Shown: one piece after another, positions 1 to 7,710 of the stretch
Layout: the number at the start of each line of letters is the position of its first letter
Numbering within the stretch: position 1 is the first letter of the stretch
From: Nitrospirota bacterium
Lineage (GTDB): Bacteria > Nitrospirota > Thermodesulfovibrionia > Thermodesulfovibrionales > BMS3Bbin05
DNA length: 14,839 nt
Assembly (NCBI GenBank): GCA_020351835.1
Contig: CP070669.1
Location: forward strand, 2,125,079 to 2,139,917
Direction: 5' to 3'
The notes under the pieces: generated by a model
The model's input: the letters and a program-made list of their open reading frames with translations, nothing else
Told to the model about the DNA's origin: nothing
The model's database searches: none
Made by a program: the position numbers and the translations under genes

Positions 1-446
1 CCCTTTGAGACCGGGGTCTGCTGTGACTCACCAAGAGAGCGGGGCCTTCTCGAAGTTGATCTCGTCTTTGTCGACGGTTTCTTCCCGGTTGCTGTCGCTT
101 TCTTGACAGCCGCCTTTTTCTTTTTCGTTGCTCTTTTCTTCTTTGACTTAGGGGAGGCCTTCTTCTTGGCTTTTTTAGCCGTTGCCTTCTTAGCTGTCTT
201 TTTCTTTATTTTTTTCTTGACGACCTTCTTTTTCTTTGCAGTCTTTTTTGCCGCCTTCTTTTTGGCCTTAGGCGATGTTTTTTTCTTTGCCTTGGTCTTT
301 GTTGCGGTCTTCTTCTTGGTCACTTTCTTCTTTTTTACTTTGGGAGTGGCCTTTTTCTTGACCTTGCCTTTTGCGGTGGTCTTCCTGGCTGTCTTTTTCT
401 TTACTGTCTTCTTTTTGGTCTTTTTCTTTATGCTCTTCTTTGCCAT
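1..446 (-). CDS. Lys/Ala-rich histone H1-like basic protein, C-terminus cut by window start
   Basis: Manual minus-strand reading from ATG at 446-444 stays open to base 1: MAKKSIKKKTKKKTVKKKTARKTTAKGKVKKKATPKVKKKKVTKKKTATKTKAKKKTSPKAKKKAAKK...GKKPSTKTRSTSRRPRSLGESQQTPVSK. It begins 17 nt after the polA stop. The track reports only the antisense Phe-rich ORF (103..462 +). Confidence 0.8.
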   Translation of the reverse strand, partial: MAKKSIKKKTKKKTVKKKTARKTTAKGKVKKKATPKVKKKKVTKKKTATKTKAKKKTSPKAKKKAAKKTAKKKKVVKKKIKKKTAKKATAKKAKKKASPKSKKKRATKKKKAAVKKATATGKKPSTKTRSTSRRPRSLGESQQTPVSK

Positions 447-462
447 TTTGATACCCCCATGA

Positions 463-3102
463 TTAGTGGGCCTCGGCCCAGTTACTCCCCGATGAAATAT
501 CTACCTTTAATGGTACATTAAGCTTGACAGCGCTTTCCATCTCGGTTCTTAACGCGGATATAACAGCTGAGCTGTTTCTTTTTGAGCTCTCAACGACAAG
601 CTCATCATGAACCTGTAGGATAATTGTAGCACCCAAGGATTCAGATGTAAATCTTTTTTTCAGGTTGATCATCGCTAATTTTATTATGTCAGCGGCTGTC
701 CCCTGTATAGGGGTGTTGACAGCTATCCTTTCAGCCTGGGCCCTCCGTACAGAGTTCTTGCTCGATATGTCCGGGACAGGTCTTTTTCTGCCCAACAGAG
801 TGACAGCATGTCCTGAGCGCCTGGTGCCTTCGATCGTAGCGCGGATGAAGTCCTGTACACCGGGGTGTATAGAAAAATACCTGTCAATATATTCCTTTGC
901 TTTGTCCGGGGTGCATTTTAGCGTTTCTGAAAGACCGAAGGGTGTGATCCCATAGATTATTCCGAAGTTTACCGCTTTTGCCACGCGCCTCATGTCTGCG
1001 GTCAGCTCACCTTCCGATACCTCAAAGACGTCCATGGCCGTATTGGAGTGGATGTCGCTGTCTTCCATGAAAGATGTCATTAATCTTTTATCGCCGCTCA
1101 TATGGGCCAGGATACGCAGTTCGATCTGAGAATAGTCTGCGGATATGATCACATTGCCATCCTCTGCAATGAACGACTCCCTTATTTTTTTTCCCCACTC
1201 TCCTCTTGCCGGAATGTTCTGGAGGTTGGGTTCACTGCTGCTCAGCCTTCCGGTCGCTGTCACCGTCTGATTGAAAGAGGTATGAACACGACCGGTCGAA
1301 CTGCTTGTCAGCTCTTGCAGGGTATCCAGGTATGTGTTCTTTATCTTGCTGAGCGACCTGTACTCCAGGATCTCTTTTGGCAGGTCATGCTCTAAGGAAA
1401 GTTCCTCAAGCACGCTTATATCCGTGGAATAACCGCTCTTGGTCTTCTTGATGGGTCTGAGCCCGATCTCATTGAAGAGGACCTCTCCGAGCTGTTTGGG
1501 AGAGTTTATGTTGAACTCTCTGCCTGCAAGGCCGTAGATCTCATCGCGGATCCCTCTGATCTCCTTGCTTATAGAGGCAGAGTACTTTTTAAGTTTAGCG
1601 ATGTCCACCTTGACCCCGGCAAGCTCTATATCGACCAGCACATTTATGAGCGGCTCTTCCATGTTATCGTAAACGTGCAGTAATCCGTCGTTTTCCAGTT
1701 TATCGAAAAGTATTTCCTTTAGGGCGAACGAGAAAGCGGCATCCTCAGCCGAGTACTGACCGGCTGTTTCAATGTCCAGTTCGGAGAAGTTCTTTATCTT
1801 TCCGGCAACTTCCTTATAACCCTTCTTCTTCGAACCGATATGGTCAAGTACGGTCGCCTCAAGATTATGAGTGCTCTTGTTTGGGTTCAGAAGGTATGAT
1901 GCTACCATGGTATCGAATATCCTGCCCCTTACCGTCACATCATATTTTCTGAAACAGATAATGTCGTATTTAAGGTTATGCCCTACCTTGCTTATCGACG
2001 GATCTTCAAGTATCGGCCTGATAATGCCGATAACTTCCCTGAGATCAGGCTGAGTGATATCCGTAATGCATGTGTGACCCACGGGGATGTAATATCCGCT
2101 GCCCTTATTCAGGCAGAATGAAATACCCACTATCTCTGCATCTACAGCATCAGTACCTGTGGTCTCAACATCGAATGATATTATATCCTTCGTTCCCGAA
2201 ATGATCCTTTTAATATCGGTTGGCTCCGTTAGCAGCTCCATAGATATCTTATGAGCGCCTGATGAGATGTGCTGAAGCAGGGATGTGAATTCCAGTTCCT
2301 TAAAAAGCCTCAGGAGGGTACCGGTATCGGGTTCTGTTATAAGGCAGTCCTCAGCCCTTATATCCATGGGGACATCATAAATGATCTTTGCAAGGTCATG
2401 GCTCAAAATAATGTCTTCTTTATTCTCCTTTATCATCTTTTCCCACCGGTCTTTCCCGGCAAGAGATGGATTCTCGATGAGCTCATCAAGACTTTTGACC
2501 TTAGAAAGGAGTTCCCTGGCGGTCTTGGGCCCGATCCCTTTAGCCCCAGGGATATTATCTACCGGGTCACCCATGAGAGCCATAACCTCGGGGATCCTCG
2601 CAGGTGGTACCCCGAACTTATCCTTAACCTGCTCACTGTCTATCACCATGTCCTTTATGGGATCGTAGACCTTGATCCTATCGTCTATTACCTGAAGCAT
2701 GTCCTTGTCTGCCGCCACTATGTAGATCTCATTATCATCGGCAGACAGCATACGGGCTGCCGCGGCAAGGATGTCATCGGCTTCATACCCTGGTATCTCA
2801 TATACCGGTATTCTGAATGCTCTGATGATCTCCATGATAGTGGGGATCTGGTCTACCAGGTCATCAGGTGTTTCAGGCCTGTGCGACTTGTAATGCTCAT
2901 ATGCCTCGTGTCGCTTAGTAGGTTCCCTGCTATCCATAGCAATTGCCATCCCGTCCGGAGCATTATCCTTGATTATCTTTATAAGCATGTTAGTAAAGCC
3001 GAATATGGCATTGCTGGGGCGCCCTGAAGACGTTGTCAGGCCCCTTATTGCATAATAGCCTCTGTAAATGTATGAGTTACCGTCTATAAGGAAGATTTTC
3101 AT
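463..3102 (-). CDS. polA: DNA polymerase I
   Basis: MKIFLIDGNSYIYRGYYAIRGL 5'-nuclease start; IISFDVETTG and VGHNLKYD of the 3'-5' exonuclease; SADYSQIELRILAHMSGD and QVHDELVVES polymerase motifs. The track ORF starts at 3138, but the conserved N-terminus starts at ATG 3102. Confidence 0.97.
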   Translation of the reverse strand: MKIFLIDGNSYIYRGYYAIRGLTTSSGRPSNAIFGFTNMLIKIIKDNAPDGMAIAMDSREPTKRHEAYEHYKSHRPETPDDLVDQIPTIMEIIRAFRIPVYEIPGYEADDILAAAARMLSADDNEIYIVAADKDMLQVIDDRIKVYDPIKDMVIDSEQVKDKFGVPPARIPEVMALMGDPVDNIPGAKGIGPKTARELLSKVKSLDELIENPSLAGKDRWEKMIKENKEDIILSHDLAKIIYDVPMDIRAEDCLITEPDTGTLLRLFKELEFTSLLQHISSGAHKISMELLTEPTDIKRIISGTKDIISFDVETTGTDAVDAEIVGISFCLNKGSGYYIPVGHTCITDITQPDLREVIGIIRPILEDPSISKVGHNLKYDIICFRKYDVTVRGRIFDTMVASYLLNPNKSTHNLEATVLDHIGSKKKGYKEVAGKIKNFSELDIETAGQYSAEDAAFSFALKEILFDKLENDGLLHVYDNMEEPLINVLVDIELAGVKVDIAKLKKYSASISKEIRGIRDEIYGLAGREFNINSPKQLGEVLFNEIGLRPIKKTKSGYSTDISVLEELSLEHDLPKEILEYRSLSKIKNTYLDTLQELTSSSTGRVHTSFNQTVTATGRLSSSEPNLQNIPARGEWGKKIRESFIAEDGNVIISADYSQIELRILAHMSGDKRLMTSFMEDSDIHSNTAMDVFEVSEGELTADMRRVAKAVNFGIIYGITPFGLSETLKCTPDKAKEYIDRYFSIHPGVQDFIRATIEGTRRSGHAVTLLGRKRPVPDISSKNSVRRAQAERIAVNTPIQGTAADIIKLAMINLKKRFTSESLGATIILQVHDELVVESSKRNSSAVISALRTEMESAVKLNVPLKVDISSGSNWAEAH

Positions 3103-3323
3103 GGTCATAGTATAGTACTTAGTCAGAAAATATTGCATTGAGAGCTAATGGGCATCTGACGACCCTAAAGAAGTCATAAAAATGTCAATATATCAATAAC
3201 TTAGGCCCGAAGCAACGCTATGTTTTAAGGGCTGCACCCTCCAATGACCTTCCATCTAAGTGTTCATTATTTAATGTTTTCATGGCATTTCGATGCGTAA
3301 AATGAGGTAAATGCCTCTATTTA

Positions 3324-3353
3324 TTGACTTTTTTTCATGAATGATGTCAAAAT
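3324..3353 (+). promoter_or_regulatory. putative sigma70-like promoter for csp
   Basis: TTGACT (3324-3329), 18-nt spacer, CAAAAT (3348-3353, 4/6 match to TATAAT), upstream of the csp gene in the polA/csp divergent region. Confidence 0.3.
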
Positions 3354-3384
3354 AACTGAGAAGTTCAGAAGTTTTTTGTGACTT

Positions 3385-3421
3385 AAAGGCCACAGAGACT
3401 TTTAGCTTGGTGGCCTTTTTT
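3385..3421 (+). terminator. intrinsic terminator-like hairpin upstream of csp (possible leader attenuator)
   Basis: Perfect 9-bp inverted repeat AAAGGCCAC (3385-3393) / GTGGCCTTT (3410-3418) with 16-nt loop, overlapping and followed by a T run to 3421 on the + strand. Confidence 0.6.
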
Positions 3422-3472
3422 CTATTGCAGTTATTCTGACACTTCCAATTTATCAAAGGGAGGACTAGCAGC

Positions 3473-3673
3473 ATGGCTAACGGAACAGTTAAGTGGTTCA
3501 ATGATGCCAAAGGTTACGGCTTCATTACGAGTGAGGACGGCCAGGACGTTTTTGTCCACTTTTCATCCATTCAAAGTGATGGTTTCAGGTCACTTGCTGA
3601 AGGCGATTCTGTATCATTCGAGACAGAAGAAGGCCCCAAGGGCCCAAAGGCTATCAACGTTAACAAGATCTGA
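3473..3673 (+). CDS. cold-shock protein, CspA family
   Basis: 66 aa, [33 protein letters not shown] with RNP1/RNP2-type motifs; GGGAGG Shine-Dalgarno upstream. Confidence 0.97.
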   Translation: MANGTVKWFNDAKGYGFITSEDGQDVFVHFSSIQSDGFRSLAEGDSVSFETEEGPKGPKAINVNKI

Positions 3674-3679
3674 CAACTA

Positions 3680-3703
3680 GCCCCCTCCGTTACAGGAGGG
3701 GGC
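3680..3703. other. strong GC-rich hairpin just after csp stop
   Basis: GCCCCCTCC (3680-3688) / GGAGGGGGC (3695-3703), 9 bp, 6-nt loop GTTACA, no T tract on the + strand side. Confidence 0.6.
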
Positions 3704-3727
3704 ATTAACAAATCCGGGAGTATAAGT

Positions 3728-4126
3728 TTGTACAGACAGGCATCGATAGAAAAGAAAGAGACCAAGAAGAGAAAAAGAAGAGAGGCCGGTATGCTCTCCG
3801 AGGTGTATCCAGGCGTTTCCAATATTACTATTCAGATGAAGTATGTTCACAAGGCAGCGGTCCCGATCATAATGGACAGGACAGTGAACGTCTTCCCGAC
3901 AAGTTATGCTTACTTTCATATGGAATGTCTCGTAAAAGGCTGTGAAAAGGGTGGCTATGACCTGACACCGGTCATAAAGAAGATGCTCAAGAAGGGATCC
4001 AAAGCAGATTCCGGAGCTATGAAGTGCAGAGGGAAGAACGGAAGTTCTCCTGCTGACCATGCTGAGATATCTTACGAGATAAACGTTAAGTATAAAAGAA
4101 AGTCTGCAAGCAAGAAAAAGAAGTAA
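3728..4126 (+). CDS. uncharacterised small Lys-rich protein with Cys residues
   Basis: 132 aa ORF starting at TTG with GGGAG (3716-3720) 7 nt upstream; alternative ATG at 3791. Core ITIQMKYVHKAAVPIIMDRTVNVFPTSYAYFHMECLVKGCEKGGYDLTPVIKKML not assigned to a family by eye. Confidence 0.65.
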   Translation: MYRQASIEKKETKKRKRREAGMLSEVYPGVSNITIQMKYVHKAAVPIIMDRTVNVFPTSYAYFHMECLVKGCEKGGYDLTPVIKKMLKKGSKADSGAMKCRGKNGSSPADHAEISYEINVKYKRKSASKKKK

Positions 4127-4214
4127 ACTTTCTCCGATCTGCAATTAAGTAAACAGACCGTACTGCAATGATAGCTCCTTGCGGTTTGATCTTTCCTTGA
4201 TTTATATTAGTCCT

Positions 4215-5294
4215 ATGAAGGACCTGATAGATGCATTGAACCTCTCTTCTTCAGATATCTTAAATGCAGTTATCGCTGCCGCAATATTCGTCCTTGCTGC
4301 TGTAGTCCTGGACATCTTCCTTGGCAAGGTCCTGCGGCGGTTCGCAAGGCTTACCAATACAGATCTTGATAATCAGTTGATTGATGTTGTGAGACGACCT
4401 ATCTTTTTGACGGTTATATTGATAGGATCGCTTGTCGCTGTATCATTATTGAAGACCGGGGACAAGTTCCATCATTTCGCCGATGCGCTTGTCTATTCAC
4501 TGATCACATTGATGTGGGTAGTTCTGGCAATAAAAGAAAGCAACATGATCATAGAGTATACACTGTCAAAGGTATCTGACGCGACAGGGCTTCAGAAGAG
4601 CATGATACCCCTGGTAAAAAATGTCGCCCTTATAGCCCTCGTAGCTCTTGGTATTTACATATTATTGTCTATCTGGAAGATCAATGTTACACCGCTTCTT
4701 GCATCTGCAGGAATTGCAGGTGCTATCATTGCCCTGGCCGCGAAGGATACTGTTGCTAACTTCTTTGGGGGATTGAGCATATTTATAGACAGGCCTTTTA
4801 AGATCGGCGATTATATAGTATTGGATGGGCAGGAAAGAGGGGAGGTAGTAGCAATAGGCATAAGGAGCACACGTATCAAGACGCGAGATGATGTTTTGAT
4901 AACAGTACCCAATGCCGCCATAGCTAACTCGAAGATAATAAATGAGAGCGCACCTGTCCCGAAGTTCAGGGTAAGGATACCGATAGGGGTAGCATACGGT
5001 AGCGATATAGATATCGTGCAGGATGCCCTTCTCAATGTGGCAGTGACCAATCATAACGTTTCAGAGGCCCCTGAGCCAAGGGTAAGGTTCAGGGCATTTG
5101 GTGAGTCGTCCCTTGATTTTGAACTGTTATGCTGGGTAGACGAGCCTGCTGTGAGGGGTCTTACGATCCATGAGCTTAATACGGCAATATACAAAGAGTT
5201 TGACAAGCGCGGACTGAAGATCCCGTTCCCGCAAAGAGATGTCCACATCTCCGGTACCTCAGTTACCGATAATAGGCAAAATTTACAACAATAA
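4215..5294 (+). CDS. MscS-family small-conductance mechanosensitive ion channel
   Basis: Hydrophobic N-terminal helices, then GIAGAIIALAAKDTVANFFGGLSIFIDRPFKIGDYIVLDGQERGEVVAIGIRSTRIKTRDDVLITVPNAAIANSKIIN, typical of MscS. The track start is TTG 4179; ATG 4215 (MKDLIDAL) is likelier. Confidence 0.93.
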   Translation: MKDLIDALNLSSSDILNAVIAAAIFVLAAVVLDIFLGKVLRRFARLTNTDLDNQLIDVVRRPIFLTVILIGSLVAVSLLKTGDKFHHFADALVYSLITLMWVVLAIKESNMIIEYTLSKVSDATGLQKSMIPLVKNVALIALVALGIYILLSIWKINVTPLLASAGIAGAIIALAAKDTVANFFGGLSIFIDRPFKIGDYIVLDGQERGEVVAIGIRSTRIKTRDDVLITVPNAAIANSKIINESAPVPKFRVRIPIGVAYGSDIDIVQDALLNVAVTNHNVSEAPEPRVRFRAFGESSLDFELLCWVDEPAVRGLTIHELNTAIYKEFDKRGLKIPFPQRDVHISGTSVTDNRQNLQQ

Positions 5295-5325
5295 GCCTTT
5301 GCTGTATACTTTAAATATTAATGAT

Positions 5326-5337
5326 AATTGATCAATT
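5326..5337. promoter_or_regulatory. 12-bp perfect palindrome overlapping putative -10 upstream of the lipoprotein gene
   Basis: AATTGATCAATT reads the same on both strands. GATAAT (5323-5328) overlaps it. Confidence 0.3.
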
Positions 5338-5358
5338 TAAATGCAGGGGGTTCTATTT

Positions 5359-6465
5359 ATGAGAACACTAAGGCTATTAACGATGTTCCTAATGATCGGT
5401 CTTCTTTCTTCATGTGTCGTGCATCACCACCATCCGGCTGATACCGGGGATGTTTCAGAGCGTATAATCGTCGAACATCACGATAGCAGGATCAAGTATA
5501 ACTATATGTTCTATCCTGCTGTTTCGGTATATTATGACATTGACAGGCATCTCTGGTTCTATTTTGAGACCGGATCTTGGAGGGTCGCCACGGTTCTTCC
5601 TGTATGGATCGTTCTGCCTTCCCGCGACGACTCGGTAATTATAAGTGTAAACAGTGAGAGACCTTATGACCATTACGATCGTCATAAGAAGAGATATCCG
5701 TCCCGCCGTGACAGGTACAGATACCGTTATTATCCGTCACTATTCATCTATTTCGATATTAACAGGGGTCTCTGGTTCTATCTCGAGGGGGGCAGGTGGA
5801 GGAATGCAAGAAGGCTCCCGAGACATATAGTCGTGCCGTCTCATTCTCACCATGTTGAGCTCGAGATGTATACCGAAAGGCCATATGATCATTTTAAGAG
5901 GCATAAGACAGAGCATCCATCACGGCGGGATAATGATAAGAAGATCAGGAAGCTTGATGAAAGGAAACGCCGTGAAGAGATAAAGAGATATGAGGAGAGA
6001 GAAAGGGAGCGGGAAAGATACGAGGAGATAGAACGCAAGAGAGAAATGAGAGAGAATAAAGAAAGAGAGCGTTATGAAAGGCAGAGGGAGGAGTTTAAAA
6101 GAGATAGATCTAGAGATAGAAGGGATGACGATGAGATAAGGACCGGGCCGGTAAAAAGGGATGCAGATAGTATGAAGCGTGTCCCATTTGTTATTGAAGA
6201 GGAAGAAAAGCAGGATAGAAGGGATCGAAGGCCTGGTGTAGATAAGGGAGATAATGGCAGAGAGAGACATGAGGATATCAGAAGGGAAAGGTCCAAAATG
6301 AAAGAGGTCGAAATAAAGGGGCCTCCGGAGAAGAAGGAAAGAAGGACAAGGGATGAGAAGAAGGAAAAAGTGAAAGACAAAGATAAGGATGAAGACGAGA
6401 GCGAAAGTGAAGAAAACGGTGAAAGCGATACGGATAGAAGCAAGAAAGGCAAGAGGCGGAATTAA
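5359..6465 (+). CDS. putative lipoprotein with two copies of an aromatic repeat and a highly charged Arg/Glu/Lys/Asp C-terminal tail
   Basis: Start ATG 5359 with GGGGGTT ribosome-binding site; signal MRTLRLLTMFLMIGLLSSC with lipobox LSSC. Two similar blocks contain YP(A/S)xxxYxDIxRxLWFY(F/L)ExGxWR and ERPYDHxxRHKxxxPSRRD. The track start is 5341. Confidence 0.7.
   Translation: MRTLRLLTMFLMIGLLSSCVVHHHHPADTGDVSERIIVEHHDSRIKYNYMFYPAVSVYYDIDRHLWFYFETGSWRVATVLPVWIVLPSRDDSVIISVNSERPYDHYDRHKKRYPSRRDRYRYRYYPSLFIYFDINRGLWFYLEGGRWRNARRLPRHIVVPSHSHHVELEMYTERPYDHFKRHKTEHPSRRDNDKKIRKLDERKRREEIKRYEERERERERYEEIERKREMRENKERERYERQREEFKRDRSRDRRDDDEIRTGPVKRDADSMKRVPFVIEEEEKQDRRDRRPGVDKGDNGRERHEDIRRERSKMKEVEIKGPPEKKERRTRDEKKEKVKDKDKDEDESESEENGESDTDRSKKGKRRN
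5497..5931 (+). repeat. tandem protein-domain duplication inside the lipoprotein gene
   Basis: Copy 1 about 5497-5712 (YNYMFYPAVSVYYDIDRHLWFYFETGSWRVATVLPVWIVLPS...ERPYDHYDRHKKRYPSRRD), copy 2 about 5722-5931 (YRYYPSLFIYFDINRGLWFYLEGGRWRNARRLPRHIVVPS...ERPYDHFKRHKTEHPSRRD). Confidence 0.85.
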
Positions 6466-6489
6466 GATCGATCTCTATGCTGTTCATGA

Positions 6490-7116
6490 ATGATACCAAT
6501 AAAAATAGATGAAGGATTGTCCAGGGCCTGGAATGCAGTTGAAGGGCTGGACCCTATTGAAGCAGAAAAGCGTACAGGGGCCGTTTATGAACAGGCCAGA
6601 TGCGTATATCGCATAAATACATTCGGAACGTCTGTTGAGCTGGATGTGAAGAACCGCTCATTTGTACCATTGTCGGATATTGCAAGTACTGTCACTGATG
6701 ACCTAAGGGGTTATTCCGAGCTTACTTTCCTCTCGTATCTTGTCAGTTCAAAACGCGTAAAGGAGAGTGGCAAGCTGATAAGGCCGGTCGATATAAGAGG
6801 AGGCCATATCTTTTCGGGTGGGACTCATATGCTCCCTCTGGGTGAGATCTCCGGGAAGTATGGGAATGATATCGTTTCTTATAAGAGAAGAGGGGTAGAG
6901 CTTGGAGCGTCGTCGGCTGACCATGGTGATTCATCGCTCAAATTAATGCCTCTTCCAGATGTTCCTGTATATCTGGTCCTCTGGGCAGAGGACGACGAGT
7001 TCGCTGCAAGGGCGGACCTTCTTTTTGACTCCACTATAGAGTTGCAGCTGGAGGCCACGGATGTTATCTGGGCACTCGCAATGATGACCGTTCTAATGTT
7101 CCTTTCCGATCAATAG
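6490..7116 (+). CDS. probable DUF3786-family protein
   Basis: 208 aa; family-like HIFSGGTHMLPLGEISGKYG, LPDVPVYLVLWAEDDEFAARADLLFDSTI and ATDVIWALAMM segments. Confidence 0.6.
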   Translation: MIPIKIDEGLSRAWNAVEGLDPIEAEKRTGAVYEQARCVYRINTFGTSVELDVKNRSFVPLSDIASTVTDDLRGYSELTFLSYLVSSKRVKESGKLIRPVDIRGGHIFSGGTHMLPLGEISGKYGNDIVSYKRRGVELGASSADHGDSSLKLMPLPDVPVYLVLWAEDDEFAARADLLFDSTIELQLEATDVIWALAMMTVLMFLSDQ

Positions 7117-7119
7117 TGA

Positions 7120-7479
7120 TCAGTTGGTAGAAAGCCAATCCTTGGCAGCTTCAGCATCATCAAAGCTCTTGATGACCCTTTTCGAGAACAGAAGGACGGC
7201 CTGGTATATGACCTGTTTCAGTCCGGTTATTCCGATAACCGCAGAAGCCTTTATATAAGGTTTATTGTGCGATGTGAAATGTTTTAATGCATCGGATACC
7301 TCGCCGTTGAAATGAGCATTGGTTACGTCTGTGAGGACCAGAAGAGAGTTCTCGGGTCTTGAGCTTATGATAGGTTTTGCTTCCTCAATGGTCTGAAGCA
7401 CTTCTTTCGGCTCACAATGTGAGAAATCCAGTAATAATATCGGCTTTCCATTGTGCTCTGTGAATCTGACACGCTGCAT
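7120..7479 (-). CDS. SpoIIAA/STAS-like small protein
   Basis: MQRVRFTEHNGKPILLLDFSHCEPKEVLQTIEEAKPII...SLLVLTDVTNAHFNGEVSDALKHFTSHNKPYIKASAVIGITGLKQVIYQ. The track start is 7497, but GGAGGG lies between 7497 and ATG 7479, favouring 7479. Confidence 0.55.
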   Translation of the reverse strand: MQRVRFTEHNGKPILLLDFSHCEPKEVLQTIEEAKPIISSRPENSLLVLTDVTNAHFNGEVSDALKHFTSHNKPYIKASAVIGITGLKQVIYQAVLLFSKRVIKSFDDAEAAKDWLSTN

Positions 7480-7579
7480 ATCCGACCCTCCGATCATTTT
7501 TTATAAAAGATACCTGAAGAGCAGGGAAAAATCAATTCCGTAAGGTCCGGTATCCGGGTTTTTAACGAGGGCTGCCGGA

Positions 7580-7608
7580 TTGAAAAAAATACCATGATTA
7601 CATTAAAT
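7580..7608 (+). promoter_or_regulatory. putative promoter for tig-clpP-clpX
   Basis: TTGAAA (7580-7585), 17-nt spacer, TTAAAT (7603-7608, 4/6 match to TATAAT) upstream of tig. Confidence 0.25.
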
Positions 7609-7710
7609 TATTAAGTGTTTTATCATGCCAGCATGAGACGGGTCAGCTGTTCAATGCTTTCCTAATTAACTGAAAAAAGAAACCATTTAACTGATATTTC
7701 AGGAGGTAAG

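Noticed and set aside
103-462. Plus-strand ORF of 119 aa (Phe/Leu/Ala/Val-rich)
   Set aside because: It is the antisense shadow of AAG/AAA-rich codons in the minus-strand Lys/Ala-rich gene. The long Phe runs are not a plausible protein.
2269-3027. 252-aa plus-strand ORF antisense to polA, plus smaller ones (665-955, 1102-1395, 1871-2053, 2381-2668)
   Set aside because: They lie wholly within the well-conserved polA coding sequence and show no recognisable domains. They are likely chance open frames.
3280-3510. 76-aa minus-strand ORF spanning the polA/csp intergenic region
   Set aside because: It overlaps the csp start and the hairpin region antisense, with no recognisable domain.
3677-4144. 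155-aa minus-strand ORF antisense to ORF 3728-4126
   Set aside because: The plus-strand frame has a ribosome-binding site and a coherent basic protein composition. The antisense frame has no recognisable motif.
5920-6499. Minus-strand Ser/Leu/Phe-rich ORFs (5920-6270, 6072-6452, 6278-6499)
   Set aside because: They are complements of the GAG/AGA/GAA/AAG-rich charged tail and composition-driven artefacts.
7535-7565. CCGG-TAT-CCGG small stem followed by a T run as a terminator
   Set aside because: Only 4 strong pairs with a 3-nt loop, extended by wobble pairs, and no plus-strand gene ends nearby.
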